From: Owenia fusiformis
Lineage: Eukaryota
Assembly (NCBI GenBank): GCA_903813345.2
Contig: CAIIXF020000001.1
Location: forward strand, 32,488,001-32,552,000
Direction of reading: 5' to 3'
Length of the DNA stretch: 64,000 nt
Part shown: positions 39,020-52,800 of the stretch, one piece after another
How the letters are laid out: every line of letters starts with the position of its first letter
Numbering within the stretch: the stretch's first letter is position 1
The notes under the pieces: generated by a model
What the model was told of the DNA's origin: nothing
The model's database searches: none
The model's input: the letters and a program-made list of their open reading frames with translations, nothing else
Translations under genes and position numbers: made by a program

Positions 39020-39655
39020 AATGTTACGCGGTAAACACGATACAAATATATGTCATATTCCGCAACGAATATGGCATATTCACTTGCGGTGTATGACAGA
39101 TTCACCTGCGGTATATGGCATACACACTTACTCATGAGAACGTGATACAGAAGTACGTAATTGTCATTTCCATCGATTGAACAAACGGGTAAAAGTATAT
39201 AGATTATTGAAATGATTACTGAATCATCAGTACAGTGCACTGAATATATCAACTAATGCAGAAGTATCACTCAGCAGTCTCACGTGGTAAACTTACTCAA
39301 TAAATCCAGGATTCATATATTAATACCCGAAGCACTAACTATATTGGTAATCCAGCATAGTTTTACATTTAGAGTTGATTTCGGCAACCAATCAAATTAA
39401 GGCTTTCTGTATCACGTTTTCACCTGTGGTATATGTCATACTCACCCGCGGTATATGGCATATTCCGGAAGTGAGTATGACATATTCTGCAGTTGAGTAT
39501 CGGGTATTCACTGAAATTAATGTATCGCATATTCAATGCGGAATATGCCATACTCACCTGCGGAATATGCCATATACCGCAGGTGAGTATGGCATATTCA
39601 CCCGTATCACAAATACCGCGCAACCATGAATATATGCCATATTCCGGGTAACATT
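39020..39655. mobile_element. TIR element with subterminal ~20-bp repeats in both orientations
   Basis: AATGTTACGCGG / CCGGGTAACATT; repeated ATATGCCATACTCACCTGCGG-like units. Confidence 0.6.
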
Positions 39656-41874
39656 AAAGGCCGTTTTTTTGCTAGCAACTCCCATTAAAATATCAGGTTA
39701 CATCCACACTTTAACATGGCTCAGAAAGTCAGGATTAGTAAGTTTAATTAACAGCATTGCTTAATAATTGATTTGGATTGGCTAAGCTTGAGGACTTTTA
39801 AATTTGAAAAATGTTATTACCGTTTTTAAATGTCTTATCACAACCCAAAAAATGATGAAGTTCAAATATAACTGCAGAATATGAACATCAATACATTGAA
39901 AGATACAATACGTTTTCTCAATAAATATGAAATTTGAGAAAATTGACCTGTGAAAGTATCAAAAATTCAGTTCTTTCGGCTGTTCCATTAGTCTGCCTCC
40001 TATTTATACCCCATGTCCCTCTTTAAGACATTGCCAGTTTTATAACAGTTTCAAGCATGTTGAAAACATTATAAAAGCTTTTTCGAATGAAAAGTGATTT
40101 AACGGGCAATAATTTGTCATGTGTGATTTTATTTATTCATTTACATGTATCACGAACAACGCATACAATAAATAGTGCCCCATTACACAGTCTGATATCA
40201 CTCAGAACGCACCATTTAAGGTCTAAAATTCCCGGGGGCTCTCCAAGTTTTGCTCGGGCTCCGGCCTCACGAACCTACAATCAAAATTATACAAAATCCT
40301 GGTTATGCCGCTCAGACCTAGAGTATGGTATACAAGGGCTAAAACGAACAAGTGATTGTCTAAACAATCATGGTTAGGGTAAATGGTTCACTATCATAAA
40401 CTGTAAGCTATTTTCCTATTTCAAATAATCAAATCGAAAGCTTTTCTTCCCAGCTCAGGGGTTTCACCCAAGTTTTTTTATCGATATACTTTCGTTTATA
40501 GCAAGTTCAATTTATATGTCTTTTATTAATCAATGAAGGTTTAATGCTGTTTCAAATGAATAGCTTGCATAGGTCAAAAACGAAGACCATATCCTTTTTA
40601 AATTGATTAGTTGAAATAGTTTTTGGCTTCATGTTGATAAGTGCTCTTCCCTAGTGAAATGCATGAGCGGTCTCAGTCAGACAATGTCTTGGAAACAGAT
40701 AAACGCATGAAAAAGAATGCCTTCATGGATCATTAAAACCCCATTTGGAATGAGAAAGAAAAAGATAAAGGTTGAAAAGGCTATTGTCTGGTAGTGATAC
40801 CTCATATTTTGATTGTTCATTTATTTATTTATGGGATCGACCTTTAGTTCTCTGATACACCTATGCAAATTTGAAATGAAACCTGGTTGTTACTGTTTTA
40901 TATGCCAACGACAATTGTTATTAATTCATCTTTTAGTAGTAAAGAAAGAATAAGATAAATTGAAAATGTCAATCAAAGACTTAGATAACTCCTAAAAGAT
41001 GGAGAGTGTTAATAATTTTGATCATGCATAGCTCATTTGAGGGTTAATAAACTGAATCATGTTCCATTAATTTTGGTTTCATCAAAGAATGCAAAATAAT
41101 TCAAATGTTTCACCACAACTCGTTCAAATAGTTATTGATCAGCAATTAATTGCAAGAAATTCACTGTCCCACAACTAGTTACTTTGACGGCTCAACTTCT
41201 GGTGTTCACGATTTTTGTTTTCTCGATTTAGACCTACTTATAAGTAAAGTCGCAGATTTTAATTTGGCACAACGTTAGACGAGTAGGTTTAAATCGAGAA
41301 AACAAAAAATCTTACCGAAATCGAACTCCGGAATTTAAGCCATCTTGTTACTTTGACGTTAAGTTGTGGAACAGTTGTCACACGACCCACTTAAAACCCT
41401 CAAATGATTGCAACGGCAAACATTATGTGTCCACCAATGGACACATTGCTTTCTGTCTAGATTGCCACAAACGCGGAATGTGGAAAAATACAAGGTGGGC
41501 AACCTTTTGTAATCGCCTTTTCCAACTGCTACTAGAATTTAGATACCATTTTCTTATCTAACCTACTTTGACCAGACACAGGGTCATGAAAAGAAAGCAC
41601 ATGGTGCCCCTCATGTGATATCTGATCAATCGACTCTACAACCAATCTAAAAGCTGATTGCTATTTGATATCATCCGGGTGGTATCATAGAATATATTTG
41701 CTCTAAGACTGATGTTTATGCGATTAGACTTTGAACGAGGGTGGACAATTTCACTTAACAGAATGATATTTTTCAATGATATGTTGTACTGCAATAGTAT
41801 GCATACGTCTAGAAGACACTACGGAGCTAGAGTTACGCAGTTTGTATATTTTTTTCTTGCTCTTTCGGTCTTAA

Positions 41875-42446
41875 AGGGTGACGCATATCGTTTAGCAAAT
41901 CGAACGCTCGTTTCTGGTGTTGCTCACCGTTTAGTATAAAAGGCCCGATCCCGGAATAATACTCAAGGGTTCACAGGTTCGAGGTCGTTGTGTCAACACC
42001 TCTAACTGTTATATAGCATAAGTATATTATAGATCGTCACACATTTATAAAAGGGTGATTTTTATTTTGACAAATCAATTCCACATTTATGGGTGAAGTT
42101 TCAGGATCTTCTATTTGTGTATAATAAGGAAAAATTGGCATCTAAATTTCCCCATAACGTAATAGCACACAGCTTGGCATATGAAATATCCTACAAATGA
42201 AACAAAGCAAGACAAACCGGTTTCTAATACAAGGATTTATATTGGCTGTTGTACATGTATTCTTTGAACGCAATCACTCTTTGGATAACGTTTTCAAAAC
42301 CATTATAAACGGATTACTTTATCTCAAAGACAATTTCAATAAACTGGATTTTACAGAACTCCCCTTATTTCTTAAAAATGGACTGATCCAGTTGATTCGC
42401 CTGGAGCCGCCATATTGTTTTCATACGGGATGCTAATCGTCACCCT
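41875..42446 (+). mobile_element. 572-bp Kolobok-like non-autonomous element, TTAA TSD (copy 2)
   Basis: TTAA|AGGGTGACG...CGTCACCCT|TTAA; about 11 differences from copy 1 by eye. Confidence 0.9.
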
Positions 42447-42515
42447 TTAAGTGTTATGATCATCATTTGGATGCATGACTTGGAGCTATTAGTTGAAGCA
42501 CCTTCCGACCTTACA

Positions 42516-43543
42516 CGGTTGGAAGAAAGAGATGACATCATAAACGGATGACACTATAAAAGGATGACACTAAATTGAACTTTACACACCGAATGTTATG
42601 ATATTTTGTTTACAGGTGATCTACAGGTCGCATGTTCCTATTGTCGCTACCGAGACTGTTCCATTAGCCCATCCATAAAGTATAACGTTTGGTCATGAAA
42701 TTTCTTTTAATATATTATTGGTGTTAATTCTTATGTACTAAGTTTGAAGCTAATACTCTGCTTATGTATTTGACTTATTATTTTGATTTTTTAATCAAAA
42801 ATAAGTTCACAATCAAATAAGGAGTTTCATATAGCTTACATATCATTCAGAAGAAAATGTGGTCTACCTGATAATCAATAGCGGTAAGTAGTCTTACATT
42901 TTGAGGGATAACTTGCGAAGGGAAATAGTAAATCTATTTCGGAACATGTGACTAGGTATTGACCAATCAGGATTAGTGTTACATATTGGGTATATAATAA
43001 TATTTAATATTCACTTCAGGAGATGGTACCGATTGTTCACAGCATTGGATGTAGATAGATATAGTAAATGCTTGTGTAATCTGTGATCATGTGAAGTTCT
43101 AAATCAACTTCAGCAAACATTCACATAATTAAATAGAAAAAATGATGAAATGCATTTGAGGTTTTTCCTACAACAAAATAATTTTGTTTGTTTATTTTTG
43201 ATTCTATTGTTTTCTTTTTCTTTTCACCGTAATTTGATTTTCAGTTTTAATGTATTTGTAAGGGTTGACTCTAAAGACAAATCAGTAAAGTAGTATATTG
43301 CATGTGGTGACATCTCTGAACTACTTCATCATACAATTTACATGCTGAATAATTACAAAATATAAAACAATTTAGATTAGATACTCTAAAAATGACAAGT
43401 CTATTACTTTCTATCATTATATTCCACTATTATTTTAGAATTACAAGTGTCATCCCTTTTCTCCTAGTGTCATCCTTTTTCAACTAGTGTCATACTTTTT
43501 CTTGGTGTCATCCTTTTGTGGTGTCAGCCTTTTCTTCCAACCG
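42516..43543. mobile_element. MULE/Mutator-like non-autonomous element, 9-bp TSD GACCTTACA
   Basis: TIR CGGTTGGAAGAAA / TTTCTTCCAACCG; subterminal GGATGACAC repeats; exact GACCTTACA at 42507-42515 and 43544-43552. Confidence 0.88.
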
Positions 43544-44948
43544 GACCTTACAACACCTTACATCTGCGGTACATGATGATAAAAATTGTGTATCGGCGCG
43601 ATAACGACTTATATCCCAGTCGGCGCGTGTGACCATATTTACATCAGGAATACATATATACGTCATTGGAACTTATAATAGACTGTGTTTGTGCCTCGTG
43701 TTTGTGGGCCTCCATTCGTTTGTATAAATTCAGTATAATGATCAAATACGAGCTGATTATGAGAAAATATGGCGGGAAATTCTATAAACAATTATAAAGC
43801 AAGGCATTATGCATTTCATTTGAGCTGTGTGGGAATTATACATAAACTGTATGCTTTAAAGTTTTGAACAAACCGTAATGAGGTCATATTCTCATCAAAT
43901 ATGATTTCAATGAAACGAAATAATATGTGATCTGACTCATTGTCATTTTACTTTATTTCATGTTTCGTATCATTATTAATAGATGTCGCGCTAAGCTGAT
44001 CAAATATTACTGAGGTATTTACTATTTACTCTAATACTGTGATTTCTAGAGATCAGGCTACAGTGATTTTTATCAAGTGATGTTCTTTGTACCCTTTGCA
44101 TTCGTTTGACTTCACTTCTTAAAAGAGAGCTTCGTCTTCATCTTCTTTGATGATTAGATGCAATCACGTTTAGAATATCCATCAGACCTAAACAAACCAT
44201 GGCATATTAGATAGGCGATAGAAGACTTTCATTTTTTGGAGTATAATTTATAATTGTGAAAGGTGCATAGATATTATAGACTGTGTGATTGTGTACATGT
44301 GGTGCAAACTTAACTGTTTGGCATGGTTACATGCATCGTGGTAGGCCACGCCCTCTCCATCTCTATCCTTCTGGAGAGACAGCGATGCAACAGAGAGAGA
44401 TGCTATGAGTATCAGAATGGGTTACATGTAGTGCAGCGTTCGAAAATCAACGGGCCATGTCTGTGTCCTGTCTTTCCAGCGTCTATAATTATAATTCATA
44501 ATTAAAGCGGCTTCGAAAACAACCAAGATATAAGTAAAATAAATGACACTAATTATCTTTGTTGTTTGGACATTTGGTCTCAATCCCCGGGTCTCAATCA
44601 CCAGTATTAGTGAAACTCCTGCGACTTTGATGAGATTCCTAAATAGGTAATACTAATTCAATACAACTAGATCTTTTAATCACATATTTAATAATTTCGA
44701 CATTTGGCGACAGATAAAGTTAGAAATCATTCTTGGACCAACTTTCCCACACTATTCGTCGCATGTTTTATTATGACTCAGAAATCACATTTAAGCTTTT
44801 ATAATTTTTTATTTTGACGTCTTATAAATTACACCCAAGCACTATCGCGATGCTCTTTTATTATAAAAAGTAAACATTATGACTTCATACGAGGTATCTA
44901 AAAAGTGTATATTCATTGGCATGTCACCATATGTTTGTCGCCTCTAAT

Positions 44949-45340
44949 ACTTTCCCACGGCTTATGCCAAAAAATATCTCTCTCATAGGCTGAGTATTAG
45001 CATGTACAGTCAATGTAAGCATATCTTTTAGGCGCAGGTGGCTGTATGAGCTTTGTGTATTGGTATGTCTAATCGTTGAGCTTGTTTACATTACAATAAG
45101 GTACCTCTCTACTTTTTAGAGAGGCGGAGTTTTCCCACACTTCTCTCAGGTAGGAATACAATAGCGAAGTCGTGTGCCTATGTCAATCACTCATGTTGTT
45201 CTGAAGTTTAAACCAATCAGATTACACATGGCGTCTTACCAGACTTGATGACCCCTTCTGATTGGTCAACAGTGATGGAACGTCTCGTGGGAAAGTGCGT
45301 CCCAAATAGCGATACACACGATGGCCACAGGTATATATCT
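44949..45340 (+). promoter_or_regulatory. Proximal promoter of HES-A with Notch/CSL sites, E-box, CCAAT pair and TATA
   Basis: TTCCCACG 44952, GCAGGTG 45034, TTCCCACA 45132, TGTCAATCA 45181, CCAAT 45213, ATTGG 45261, CGTGGGAA 45286 (overlapping N-box CTCGTG 45284), TACACACG 45313, TATATAT 45332. Order and spacing are mirrored upstream of HES-B. Confidence 0.8.
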
Positions 45341-45431
45341 ACAGGTATCTCGGTTGTATATCATAATAATCAATATACTTGTCGACAGCACAACTAGCTC
45401 GAGCCAAAAGTTAACACACACACTCGTCAAA

Positions 45432-46591
45432 ATGTCTGAGAAAGCAATGCTACAAATAGAAGAAAATAGAATGCAGAATCAAAGAAAGGTAAGAATTAAA
45501 TACTACTTTCACTATTATTTAGTCTAAATATGTTATTAGGAGCAAAACAATTCACTATTTTCTTGTTTCTCGACTTTTATCATACTGTTTGAATGCCAAC
45601 TTTAAACTAGCAAAAACTTTATGTTTCCTCATTTAAATTTTCAGAGTAACAAACCATTGATGGAGAAGAAAAGACGTGCACGAATCAACAATTGTCTCAC
45701 AGAGTTGAAATCGCTCGTCTTGTCAGCAATGAAAAAAGACGTAAGTTCCGAACTTTATTTTACCTTGAAGTATTTTGTTCAATATGAAGTACAAGTTTTA
45801 CGCATATTTACGTTAACCAGGTACAATTTTGAGAAAAATCATATTGTTCTTACGCCTCAGCAAAAGTTAATGAGACTTCATATATACTTGACAAGTTGCT
45901 CATGGTATTTTGTTTATCATTTCAGCCAACAAGATTCTCTAAACTCGAAAAAGCTGATATCCTTGAAATGACAGTACAGCACTTACGCAATATACAGAGA
46001 CACCCCGTGTCAATGTCTAAAGATGTCGCTTCCTCCAACAAATACACAGAAGGCTTCAACAAATGCGCTGGGGAAACAATTCGTTATTTGGATTCGTCCG
46101 AGAATACTAAGGAGATCGATGCTCAAACCAGATCTCGCCTAAGTGGACATTTATCTTCGTGCATGACCGCCTTGCGTCAACAGAATAAACAGAATATTCA
46201 GGAACAAACCGTGACATCATCCCTCCAACAGCCGTTGAACATACAGATACCAAGTCCAACATTGCGACTTATGACACCACCCCCTACAGCCAGTCCCGAA
46301 CCAAACAACCAAAGTCTACCCGTTACATTGCCCTCTGGTCAATGTGCATATCTGGTTGTTGGAAACACAAACATTGTTCCGGTGGCACAAGTATCGCCAT
46401 CTTTCGTTAATGGCTTTGGAAATGCCCTCGTAGTGGCTGCTCCTATAGACAATGTACATCAGGTTCTACGACCGATTCACCAAAATGATGAGCAAAAGAC
46501 ACTGAACAGAAGTTACACACCACCGCAAACCACCGTCCCCAACCTTGTATCGGTCAGCCCCAAGACTGATTCGATGTGGAGACCGTGGTAA
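45432..46591 (+). CDS. HES: HES/hairy-family bHLH-Orange transcriptional repressor (paralogue A); exons 45432-45488, 45645-45740, 45926-46591; 272 aa
   Basis: Spliced translation [71 protein letters not shown]...KYTEGFNKCAGETIRYL (Orange)...SMWRPW*. Basic region has the HES proline; exon 2 is the typical 96 nt; both introns are phase 0 with GTAAG donors and TTTCAG acceptors; C-terminal WRPW Groucho-binding motif. Confidence 0.96.
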
Positions 46592-46837
46592 TACAACAAT
46601 AGATTCATTGATGGGACGCTCGTACCATATACTGCTGGCAGTTTGGGATTTTCTTGGTCCAAACGATTGTTCATGAACTGCATAAACTGAATCAAAATAC
46701 TCATATCTTATCATGTTTACAATGTCAACTGCTGTTAATGTTTGCCAATGGCTCAGTGTTTGTTAGATGTATTTTAAGTTTCTGAACGCTGGCGTTCAGA
46801 TTTGTATTGTCAACCATGTTAAAGAATGTGAAGAAAA

Positions 46838-46866
46838 AATAAAACCAATCCAAAAAATAAAATAAA
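46838..46866 (+). terminator. Candidate polyadenylation signals of HES-A
   Basis: AATAAA at 46838, 46856 and 46861, about 250 nt after the stop codon, followed by T-rich sequence. Confidence 0.55.
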
Positions 46867-49800
46867 ATATGAAAAATTATTAAATTTGTATTTTTATTCT
46901 CTTCTATTGATAAAATGTACAATGCCCCAGTTCAGGCATTACACCTTTGTATTGCAAGCGAATGTTTTGAAATGAAAAACGTCAATCCCGAAATGAAGAC
47001 ACGGGACCTGTTCAAAATGATGAAGCGACACAAAACATGCTCTTCAAGAGAGTAGCTAATAGAAGGCCATGGTTTCTCGTCGTAGATGTAAAACCCGTAT
47101 TGAGTTAAGATGTCCGTGTCCTTCATCCTTGCTGCAAGGGTATTTTACAAGTATATAAGTAATATAAGTATATGTTAAATATAAGTTTAAATTTAAGCAT
47201 AAATGAAGTCCTTTGAAGAAGGATGGGTGTCCTTATTCGTATCAGTATTTAGGTTAATGCTTTTCTACATTGTGAGATAGTGAGAACGGGTATTTTAGAA
47301 TATATACGACCCGCATCACAGCAGTTAATGTCGTTCAACTAAATATTTTGAAGCGTGGGAAAGTGATCCAACGCCAACTTAATGGATTACACAAATATAA
47401 TCTGAAATAATAATGCTCAGCCGATTTAAAACCCCTGGGTTAATAATGGACAAAATTACAGGTAAAATTTGGTATTCAAGATACAGAGATATCCTTCTGA
47501 ACAACATAATCCGTCATAAACCTTCTATGTGCTCGTTGGCACGAGATGTACATTCAAAGTAAATTCAAATCCTCTTTGCATAGGATTTGCGCGTGCCCCA
47601 TACACAGTCATAATCGGGATTTCCATTCCCATTGACAAAGAAATAAATGCCGTTTAGCACAACACAATATTGGTCCAATTTCATATTAGAAAGTCAATCA
47701 GAAAATAATAATAGATTTACCTTTCATTAATAGAAATCATGTTATACTTCTTTACATGGAAAAATTATCATTTTCAAATGGAAACGATGCATGTGGGCAA
47801 ACTTTCTCCGTGTGGTATCGTACCTACAATAGACCACAAGGTTAATCGTAGAAGATCCCATTTAAATACCCCTCCTCAAAGAAAATGATTTTCCCACCTC
47901 CCTCCTGCGTCGAACTGATTGGAATGTCGCAGGTCAAGTTGGGGTGAATGAGTTCGCAGAGGCGAAGTTGGGTCGACTATTACATTATGTCTAAAGGGGC
48001 GTCATTGCAACAGATCTCAAAACATAATAAAAGAACCCAAAACACATTCAATCATTACAACCATCATGATAAACCATGACATCTCATTTTGAGTAAATGG
48101 AAAGGATTTGTTTCTCTTTCCAATCCAAGAGTAGTTTGATTCATTTAGTAGTAATACCCTTTCAAATAGTTCTTAAAAGAGAGCTTCAATAGGCTCTGCC
48201 ACTCAGATGCGGATTTGCTTACGTCTACATTCAATCAGAATACAGCCATATAGTTCAATCACAATTCACTCAAAAACTGAACTTGAGAGGCTTGATTGCA
48301 TAATTTCCAAGATCTTTTAATTCGAAACATGTCTCGGGATCCTATGTTCAAACATATTGCGTAGTAAGAGGCTAAACCTTTTCCACGTATTCAAATTACC
48401 TTAATTAAATGATCAAACTATTTCATAATAGTGTGTATTCAAACTGAATTCGTTCGTTTCATGAATTGCCGATGTGTGCACGGTAATCCTCATTAAAATG
48501 TGTGTTTAATTGTATATAACAAAGTACAATAACATAAGCTGTCTTGATCTCATTTGAGTGTTTATAGATTTCAATAAGTATGTTACGGCTGGGAACATAA
48601 TATGGTACAAAGACCTACTTCGTGGAACTTGTCTGCGCAAATGGAAAGTGACATCTATCATTTAGTTAATGTTTCAATCTGAATATTTATGGCGTTATCC
48701 CTTACTTTTAAACCAGTGTATTCATCATGATACAGAAATGTAATCATGATGTCAGATATCTCAAGCATTTAATATACTGTTGCTTGAGTAACAAAACCCC
48801 CTATGTGAAAGATGATCCCTGCCATCCTCAACTTCGGCCGGCTTCGACAAACCAGAAGTGCATTACTTAGAAGGTGCATGTTTAAGAACAACAATAATTA
48901 TATGGCATTGTGTAGATGTATTTTATGCTGGAATAAACATCCTCCGATCACAGGGCTTCAAAATCCAGAATATCCCCGATAAAGAACTCGCAATTTGATT
49001 CGCTGTCCCAACACTGCGACAGCAATCATGTATACGTCATCGGTGCATAATTAGATCACATGACTCAGTTTAATCGGGCGGTTACTGTATAGCAGGGGGG
49101 AAGAAGGAGGTACGGATTCTGGACACCTGCGTCGGAGGATGGGAATAAACACGCCAAAAACATACAAGGCAACTTCAATCAAGTCGTTTTAACTTGTCTT
49201 AGCAAGTTTGCATTAAAGGGAACTGACATTTGTTTCTCCAGCTTGACTTAACTCAAACGTAATATGAATCTATAAATTAAACATGGGATGAGAAGGGTGG
49301 AGGATTATGGACGTTAATGCCATTAGACAATGTGAAACACGATCGTCTGGTTGATTCACAAGGAGATGGGTTTAGCTTGTTAAGATGAACTAAAAGACAA
49401 GCCAATGCAAAGTCCACCATTCAGTGAATAATTAGCCCCATTTAGTATATATCAAGAGCTCTTGACCCTAGACAAATCCCACTAATTGAAAATAATGGGC
49501 TTAATATAGGTGGGAGAGGTGTGACTTCTTCGTTTCACACATTCGCATTTTGGGAAAAAGTGAGTGAGGCTTATCATGCTCCAATTTCGAATCTAAAATT
49601 ATTTACCCTTTTAAGACAAATATTGATAAAAGAGATCCATGGTAATACATAAACCAAAGCCAATACATCATACCCATTAGGGATGTAACTAAACGAACGC
49701 CTGGCAACCGTTGTATTGTGAATGTAAGGAAGTTGAAGGATTTGGACGAATTTTATCACCGTTGGGTTTGGGTGTAAAGTTGACAAACAAACATGAAGCA

Positions 49801-52800
49801 CTACCTGTGCATGTTATTCTATATAATCCCCCCTTGGTGTCAGACATACTGCTTGTAAATTTTGAAACGTAGAGTTGTTACATTGGTGGTTGTGTTTATT
49901 ACCAACTACTTCAACCTGTCTGACACTTTGGCTTATCAAACAATAACCATATGTATCTGATAATCATGTCAAACGGCCAAGCCAAACCTCAAAAATTTAA
50001 TAGGGTTCCCCGGCAATAGTTTTTAATTATGAACTGATTTCCAAAACTAATAAACCAGAGAAAAGTGCCATGGGCGCAGAGGTTAATTCTCAAGTTTTCT
50101 CTTTTGAGAACTTGAGTCAAACAAATACGAAGGGCAAGAGAAAAATTGATTGGTAAGAATAATATAATGAAATCCTAACGACGACCGACACGCATGGATT
50201 AGAGGGTCGAGCTACGGATTTTAAGGTCTCATTATGCCCCACTCCCAGTCTGAGACTCATTACATATTTCCTTTTCAAAAATATTTCTAGAAAGGACCTA
50301 ATAGATTAAGAAGGCCATAATTTCCCACGATGCCTAACCCCAGGCAATATCGCAACTTAGGGAATGTCTCTCTGTTATCACATTGATACTTATAACATCT
50401 TTCTGCTTCATCTGAAACATGCTCTGATCATATTATGAGGCATATTCTATGAATTGAGCATTACATCAGATGGGAAGTTATCATGTAATCATTTACCTTA
50501 GCTAAATGTCAATACATTACATAATAGGCATTGTATTTAACAGCAGATATCAGCACCGCACAGGTACACTTTCATGACCCCCATGATGAAATATGAGCTG
50601 GGATGAAAGATCTAAAAAATTCTCAATTTTGGGCTCTCTTGGACCGGGCCTCTGGATCAGCAAATCTAGCTCATTATATCATGACATCTCAGGGCTGAGA
50701 AGAAATGAAATGCCTTGGTTTATCATGATGGTTTATCATGATGTGTTCGTTTTAGGTTACTCGATAAATCTAAGAGGAAAATCATTACTTCGATAGTTTG
50801 ACCAACCCTTTGACAAACTTTGGTACCAATTGAAAGCTAATAATGATATTTCGCACTGAATGATTGATAATTAGTTTGAAACAGGTGTCGTTGCCATGTA
50901 TGATAGTTTTGTTTCAAGACTGTAGACCCCCCCCCTTATCTCGCGGGGGAGGGGCTTGTAGCTAGACTACATGTATGCCGACTAGATGCGTTGTCTCCAA
51001 ACTTTGTACTATTTCACCATCCTTTCATTTCGCAACGAAAACTACATACGGTGTAACTGCGAACGTTTGGTCATCGGCCAGATGTATGCCATATTGGTCA
51101 AGAATAGGAAACTACGGGGTACTTTAAAATTTGTAAATTAAATATTGCGCTCCCCATTTTGATTCAATGACATATCATTCGAACAGTACTACGTGCTAAT
51201 TATCGACCATAACTAGGTAATAATGACTTTGTTTGACATTTTCATATTTTAGATTATTTTTATTTAATAACTATTTTGTTTTGCAAACATTATTGCCTTT
51301 CCCTTGCTGTTTTTGCATACTGTGAATTTAATTTTCAAAAGAATAATGATATCTTGTGATACTTTCATTCAATTGAAATGATTTCTTCGCTCCGGCCCCT
51401 GATGTAGCTTAGCTCAGCATCTTGAACCCAGCTGCATATTTGCTTATATTGTCCCATCAAATTCGGTATAAATAATTACAGTTGCTTTATAGCACAAAAT
51501 ACAATAATTATATTTTATAAATTGCTACTAAAACATCGCTGTTAAATACTATAGTATCATATGATAATATAAAATGTGAAAAACGTGTTGAAGTGGTGAG
51601 TTTTTAAAAAAAATCAAATGTGGGGACAGATTCATCAGGATAAATTAGAGATGATTAAGAAGTACTGTCAATCGGAGAGCAAATATAAACATTATGCTCA
51701 GTAATATACCTAGTCTAATTATAGTAATTGTTACTTTTCTGTTATCTATTGGAGGAAACATTGAAATGAAGCCAACCATTATTAGTAGCTTGATATTTTG
51801 ATCCATCCTTAATTATCAAAAAGTAAGGACGCTGAGTTTATCAACGCTGATACCATAAAAACAGCTCGTTATTTCATACATTAATTCAAACATCGATCGT
51901 CATTCCTTCAAATAAACATGAGATTCATATAATGAGAATAAGCTTATGAATAATTTCTATTTATGTTTTAAAAGATTGTTCATACAAATGGGAACTTTTA
52001 ATGCATATATCAAATCAGATTTTACTGATTAATGTTGTTTTATGGAAGTTTGGAACTAGTGAGACGTCAAAATGTCCGACTATCTGTTAATGGTCACTTA
52101 TTATAACTATAGACTGTCCAGACGTGACATGACAATGACCAACTCTTTAATTAAGATGCGCACCTTTAACATGATACCGTCAATTCGTCTACTTTCTAGT
52201 TAAATAACTAGTTTATCATCACGATGCTTTAAAGATAATAATAGGTTTGTATGACCTTTCATTTATTATGCAGAACAAAGACGTTTTTCCTTTCTAATAA
52301 TTTAGTAACCATAAATATGTTTTTGCATATATATACGCATTGGTAGACTCCATATCTTGTTTTGACATATATATTCTTGTGCTGCTATAACTTTAAGAGA
52401 TCTCAATTGTTTCAATGTAATAACTTTCTGCACCATATAGCTCATTAGCAATTAGCATGTATATCAGTTTGTACCTTCTTTGCTTGACACACATTGATAC
52501 ATAATGATATAAAACCGTAGTGTCATCGGATTAAATATTGTATTAAATTTCCCTGGTGTATTATGGCACAATGATTCAGTGTTATCTGACACTGATTGCT
52601 CTTCAATAAGCTGAATTATCAATTTGGTAAACTTTATTAAATGTATCATGTCAGACGTTGCGTGGAAGCCACTGTTATCATATATATATAGTTTTAATGG
52701 TCGACCTTGTGATTATCGCCGTGAAAGAAATATCACTTATTAAAAACAAGAGCACTTAAGGATGGTGACACTAAATGAGTATCTCAACGCTCAGTTAAAG

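Noticed and set aside
36369..42436. Duplicated 79-aa ORF MKQSKTNRF...
   Set aside because: Both copies fall inside the two 572-bp TTAA elements and show no recognisable domain.
45321..45431. In-frame upstream ATG extending HES-A (MATGIYLQ...)
   Set aside because: It lies upstream of the TATA-like box at 45332, and paralogue B starts at the equivalent MSEKAM.
46466..46714. Antisense ORFs over the HES 3' ends (also 60511-60723) sharing YHGLHI
   Set aside because: Simply the reverse-complement reading of MWRPW-stop codons.
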